Assembly (NCBI GenBank): GCA_034414775.1
Contig: DAOULX010000044.1
Location: 3,150 to 67,149 of the forward strand
DNA length: 64,000 bases
Direction: 5' to 3'
Source: Dehalococcoidales bacterium
GTDB taxonomy: Bacteria > Chloroflexota > Dehalococcoidia > Dehalococcoidales > RBG-16-60-22
Numbering within the stretch: the stretch's first letter is position 1; every line of letters begins with the position of its first letter. A program made the translations under genes and the position numbers. The notes under the pieces were generated by a model that saw only the letters and a program-made list of their open reading frames with translations, did no database searches and was not told where the DNA came from. Positions 60,850-64,000 of this stretch are shown in pieces.

Positions 60850-63364
60850 TCGTTTCCCACCTTTCTATCTGTACCAGGCAAGAATTCGGCGCCATGCCCG
60901 GCGCGTTTTTCGAAAGCATCCTCGCCGGTGTCAGGATGCTGACACAACCGCCCCTATCGGGGCTGTCAGGATCCCCCGGCTCAAGAGGATCATACTTTCC
61001 GGAGCCGTAATAAGAGTGCACCACCCCCGGCTTAATTCTCTCGGTGATATCGGCGATGCACAGCACGGACCCGCGGTCATTAAATACCCTAACGATATCC
61101 CCGCCGGCGATGCCCCGGGGAGCAGCGTCCGAAGGGTGGAGACGCACCGGGCGCCAGTTGTGGCCGTCCTTCCAGACTCGGTGACCGGGAATCTCCCCGA
61201 GCCAGGATGTGTTGGCATCATAATGGGTATGGAAGGAGTACCTGGGGTGGGGGGTAATCAACTGCAGCGGGTACTTGCCTCCCGCTGCCGCGTCGTGGCC
61301 TTCCCAGGAAGGTATATAGCGCGGCAGGGGTGGCCTTTCCTCGTCATCGGGGAGGTGTTCCATCAGGCTCTGCGAGACGAACTCCAGCTTACCAGAGTAG
61401 GTCCCCAGCTCTTTAGCCTTAGCGGTATTACGCTTGCGGTTGAAGTGGTCCGGTGTATCACAGTCACGCCCCTCGGCGAACCAGCGCAAACCGGGCGTCG
61501 GTTGGTAGTCCTCCGGCATCGGCACGACGAAATAACCTTTTTCTCTGAATTCATCGAACGAGGTGTATTTGTGGAGGTCGGAGAAGTAAAAGACCTTCTC
61601 GATCCAGTCCTCCTCGGTATTGCCTTCCGTATAATCGTCTCGAATGCCCAGCCGTTCGGCGAGATCAGCGAAAATCCGGTAATCGGACTTCGACTCCCAG
61701 AGCGGCTCGATGCACTTCTGCTGGTAGACAATGACCCGGTGGTTACAGGCATTGGAGCCGTGGTGGGTATAGCCCCCGGTATTGGCCCACTCGCCGATAT
61801 CATTCCTTTCGAAACCGGTGCAGGCCGGCAGGATGATATCCGCCAGCCCCGTCTCGGTGCACCACCAGCAGTCCTGGTTGACAACGAATTCCAGCTTGGG
61901 GCTCTGGTACATACGCACCCACCGGCTCGTCTGCGTCATTGTCCCCATGAAAGATCCGCCGTAGCGGTAAAACATCCTGACCTCGGAGCAACCAGGGGTG
62001 GGGTACTCGAACGACTTGAACTGCTGCTCGAGCGATTGCCCGCAGAAGGTCTCCCCCAGCCAGCGAATGGGTGGATTGAGGATGGCCTCAGGCGCCAGCA
62101 GACGGTAGATCCGCTGCTTCACCGGATTTTCCACCTTCTTCTTGGCCAGTCCGTTTAGGAAGATTGGGCCGAAGGCGGCGTATCCAGGAAATTTGAAATC
62201 GGCATTATACGGCGACCCCATCGTCGTGCCCCAGATACTGACGCCCGGCTTGCCCAATCCCTGCATCGCCTGGAGCAGCACCATCAGCCGGGCCCATTCG
62301 GTACCATAGGCCTGGCGACAGGCGCCGGACTCGCCCCCGCGGGAGCCCGCGGCCAGCGAGGTGCGGTGGGAGGCCCACTCCCGGGCCAGCCCCCGGATGG
62401 TGTGTTCCGGTATATCGCAGATGGCCGCCGCCCATTCCGGGGTCCGCGGCGCTCCGTCCTCTTCGCCCAGAATGTGCCGTTTAAACTCCTCGAAGCCGAT
62501 GGTACGGGCGGCGACGTATTCCCGATCATAAGTACCCTCGGTCAGCCAGACATAGGCGATGGCCTCGGCCATGGCAGCGTCGGTGCCGGGGCGGGGGGTG
62601 ATCCACTTATCGCCGAAGATGGTAGCCGTATAGTTACAGAAGGGGTCGATAAAGACCTGCTTTTTCCCCAGCTCCCGTAGCCAGACCCGCCACAGCGCCG
62701 ATTCCTGTCCCCCGTAGATGCCCCGTGTCGAATCGGGGTCGTTGCCCCAGTGCACCACCATCTCGGTGTGCTTCAGGGCATCTTCGAGGAGGTCGTATTG
62801 TTCCGGCATGCCGAGACGCCAGAAGAAGCCATAGACGTGCGAGGCGCCCCAGTGCCAGCCTTCCCAGCTATCGGGATTATCCAGGATATCGGTAAAGCCG
62901 ATGAGATTGAAAAAACGCGCCCACGGTGAGGTCTTGTAGCCGACATTGCCCCAGTTATGGTGGGAAGAAGTACGAGACATGACGGCCTCCGGCCCGTAGG
63001 TTTCCCGGATACGCTTCATTTCTCCGGCGACAATGTCCAGGGCCTCGTCCCAGCCGATACGCCGGTAGCCGGATCGGCCCCGGTTCTGCGGGTGGCGCTC
63101 ACCGGCGAGGTCGAAGTCCTCCCTGATGAGCGGGTATTTCAGGCGCCGGTCGGAGTAAATACGTGACTTTTCCGCCATCGTATAGGGACTCACGCAGGCC
63201 TTCCGCAGCGGAGTAAGGCGTCGGCCGTCCGTCTCTATCGTCCAGGAGGCGGCGTCGTCTTCTCGCAGCGGCAGGGGCCGAACGCGGATTATTTTTCCGT
63301 CCCGGACATAGACCTGTACCGGGCCGCCGTTGGTGAGATTGACGTAAGTCCTCTCCAAATACAA
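60836..63364 (-). CDS. Molybdopterin oxidoreductase of the pyrogallol-phloroglucinol transhydroxylase (AthL) type
   Basis: Collinear similarity, recalled from the Pelobacter acidigallici AthL sequence: LTNGGPVQVYVRDGKIIRV, TSSHHNWGNVGY, DSWEGWHWG, PEQYDLLEDALKHTEM, ILPACTGFERNDI, LRWFAEGR. No N-terminal Cys cluster and no twin-arginine signal. TTG start. Confidence 0.8.
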   Translation of the reverse strand: MYLERTYVNLTNGGPVQVYVRDGKIIRVRPLPLREDDAASWTIETDGRRLTPLRKACVSPYTMAEKSRIYSDRRLKYPLIREDFDLAGERHPQNRGRSGYRRIGWDEALDIVAGEMKRIRETYGPEAVMSRTSSHHNWGNVGYKTSPWARFFNLIGFTDILDNPDSWEGWHWGASHVYGFFWRLGMPEQYDLLEDALKHTEMVVHWGNDPDSTRGIYGGQESALWRVWLRELGKKQVFIDPFCNYTATIFGDKWITPRPGTDAAMAEAIAYVWLTEGTYDREYVAARTIGFEEFKRHILGEEDGAPRTPEWAAAICDIPEHTIRGLAREWASHRTSLAAGSRGGESGACRQAYGTEWARLMVLLQAMQGLGKPGVSIWGTTMGSPYNADFKFPGYAAFGPIFLNGLAKKKVENPVKQRIYRLLAPEAILNPPIRWLGETFCGQSLEQQFKSFEYPTPGCSEVRMFYRYGGSFMGTMTQTSRWVRMYQSPKLEFVVNQDCWWCTETGLADIILPACTGFERNDIGEWANTGGYTHHGSNACNHRVIVYQQKCIEPLWESKSDYRIFADLAERLGIRDDYTEGNTEEDWIEKVFYFSDLHKYTSFDEFREKGYFVVPMPEDYQPTPGLRWFAEGRDCDTPDHFNRKRNTAKAKELGTYSGKLEFVSQSLMEHLPDDEERPPLPRYIPSWEGHDAAAGGKYPLQLITPHPRYSFHTHYDANTSWLGEIPGHRVWKDGHNWRPVRLHPSDAAPRGIAGGDIVRVFNDRGSVLCIADITERIKPGVVHSYYGSGKYDPLEPGDPDSPDRGGCVSILTPARMLSKNAPGMAPNSCLVQIERWETNDRK

Positions 63365-63399
63365 CGCTGCCTTTCTTTAGACCTTACGCCTCTACGAAT

Positions 63400-63435
63400 T
63401 GTCATTCTGAGGGAGTGTAACGACCGAAGAATATC
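63400..63435 (+). repeat. Interspersed hairpin repeat
   Basis: tgtcattctgagggagtgtaacgaccgaagaatatc. ATTCT/AGAAT stem. Confidence 0.7.
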
Positions 63436-63447
63436 TGATGGAGTAAC

Positions 63448-63475
63448 GAGATCCTTCGCTAAACTCAGGATGACA
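63448..63475 (-). repeat. Interspersed hairpin repeat, inverted copy
   Basis: The minus strand reads tgtcatcctgagtttagcgaaggatctc. ATCCT/AGGAT stem. Tail-to-tail with 63400-63435. Confidence 0.7.
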
Positions 63476-63570
63476 ACATCGGAAACCGGGAGAAAACGGA
63501 GTGTCGTGGTATTTTCGCCCTTACAAAAAGTATAATAGATAAATACGGGGGATTCAAACCGGAGGGGACG

Positions 63571-64000
63571 ATGAAACATGTTCGCCTGATCAGTTGGAAT
63601 GTCAACGGTATCCGTTCGGTGAGGTCGAAAGGCTACCTGGATGTTGTGCTGGAGGGGAGACCGGATACCCTCTGCCTTCAGGAGACCAAGATCCAGCCTG
63701 ACCAACTGGACGATTATCTGAAAAACCTGCCGGGATATCACGGCTACTGGGCTTATCCCGAGAAAAAAGGCTATGGCGGCGTGGCCACCTTCTCCCGGTC
63801 AGAGCCGGTGAGTGTCGGATACGATCTCGGTGAGTCAAGACTCGATATGGAGGGCCGGGTCATCGCCGCCGAATACCCGGAGTTCACCCTTTTCAACGTT
63901 TATTTCCCCAACGGTAAGGCTAGCCAGGAGCGCCTGGACTACAAGATGGCCTTCTACGACGCCTTCCTGGAGCACGCCGATTCGTTACGTAAAGCCGGGC
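63571..64000 (+). CDS. xth: Exodeoxyribonuclease III (3' end outside window)
   Basis: MKHVRLISWNVNGIRS...LCLQETK...GYGGVATFSR. SD GGAGGGG. The frame is open to the window end. Confidence 0.9.
   Translation, partial: MKHVRLISWNVNGIRSVRSKGYLDVVLEGRPDTLCLQETKIQPDQLDDYLKNLPGYHGYWAYPEKKGYGGVATFSRSEPVSVGYDLGESRLDMEGRVIAAEYPEFTLFNVYFPNGKASQERLDYKMAFYDAFLEHADSLRKAG

Noticed and set aside
60830-62158. 442-aa ORF antisense to the molybdoenzyme gene
   Set aside because: Shadow ORF. The opposite strand encodes a protein collinear with a known enzyme family over its full length.

Overview
This is a 64-kb chromosomal segment, moderately GC-rich. Gene content suggests a Chloroflexota/Dehalococcoidia-like bacterium, but that is inference only. 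Most of it is housekeeping. It starts inside rpoC and runs through ruvB, polA, mutM, a DAHP synthase, RNase P RNA, rpsU, gatCA, trpS, uvrC, a pan/his cluster (panB, panD, panC, hisA, hisI), fdhD and two tRNAs, and it ends inside xth.

Four accessory patches interrupt this:
- 16.2-24.3 kb holds a decayed phage-derived island. It has an intact large terminase, a toxin-antitoxin pair, a MerR regulator with a large surface protein, and a portal::tail gene fusion that carries a frame change.
- 24.3-27.4 kb holds two-component and XRE regulators.
- 33.9-34.5 kb holds an AT-rich GIY-YIG gene plus repeats, directly after gatA.
- 41.2-49.4 kb holds a pilin and prepilin peptidase, a wHTH gene, an RHH gene, a GH3 gene, a 7TM-GAF-GGDEF-HD-GYP gene and a LuxR-type regulator.

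The observations I rate highest:
- ruvB and hisA both lack any canonical start codon and appear to initiate at ATA behind a GGGG Shine-Dalgarno.
- A structured, terminator-containing leader sits ahead of the pan operon and is a candidate pan RNA motif.
- An interspersed hairpin repeat superfamily (GTCATYC...GRATC) shows compensatory stem changes between copies.
- A DUF123 gene is broken by TAG at its invariant Trp.
- A perfect -1 slippery heptamer sits at the frame change in a phage tail gene.
- Several near-consensus promoters abut start codons, which suggests leaderless mRNAs.
- An AthL-type molybdoenzyme is paired with a flavodoxin-like protein rather than a ferredoxin-like beta subunit.

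I saw no CRISPR array, transposase, integrase or rRNA. All family assignments come from reading the translations by eye. No database search was run.
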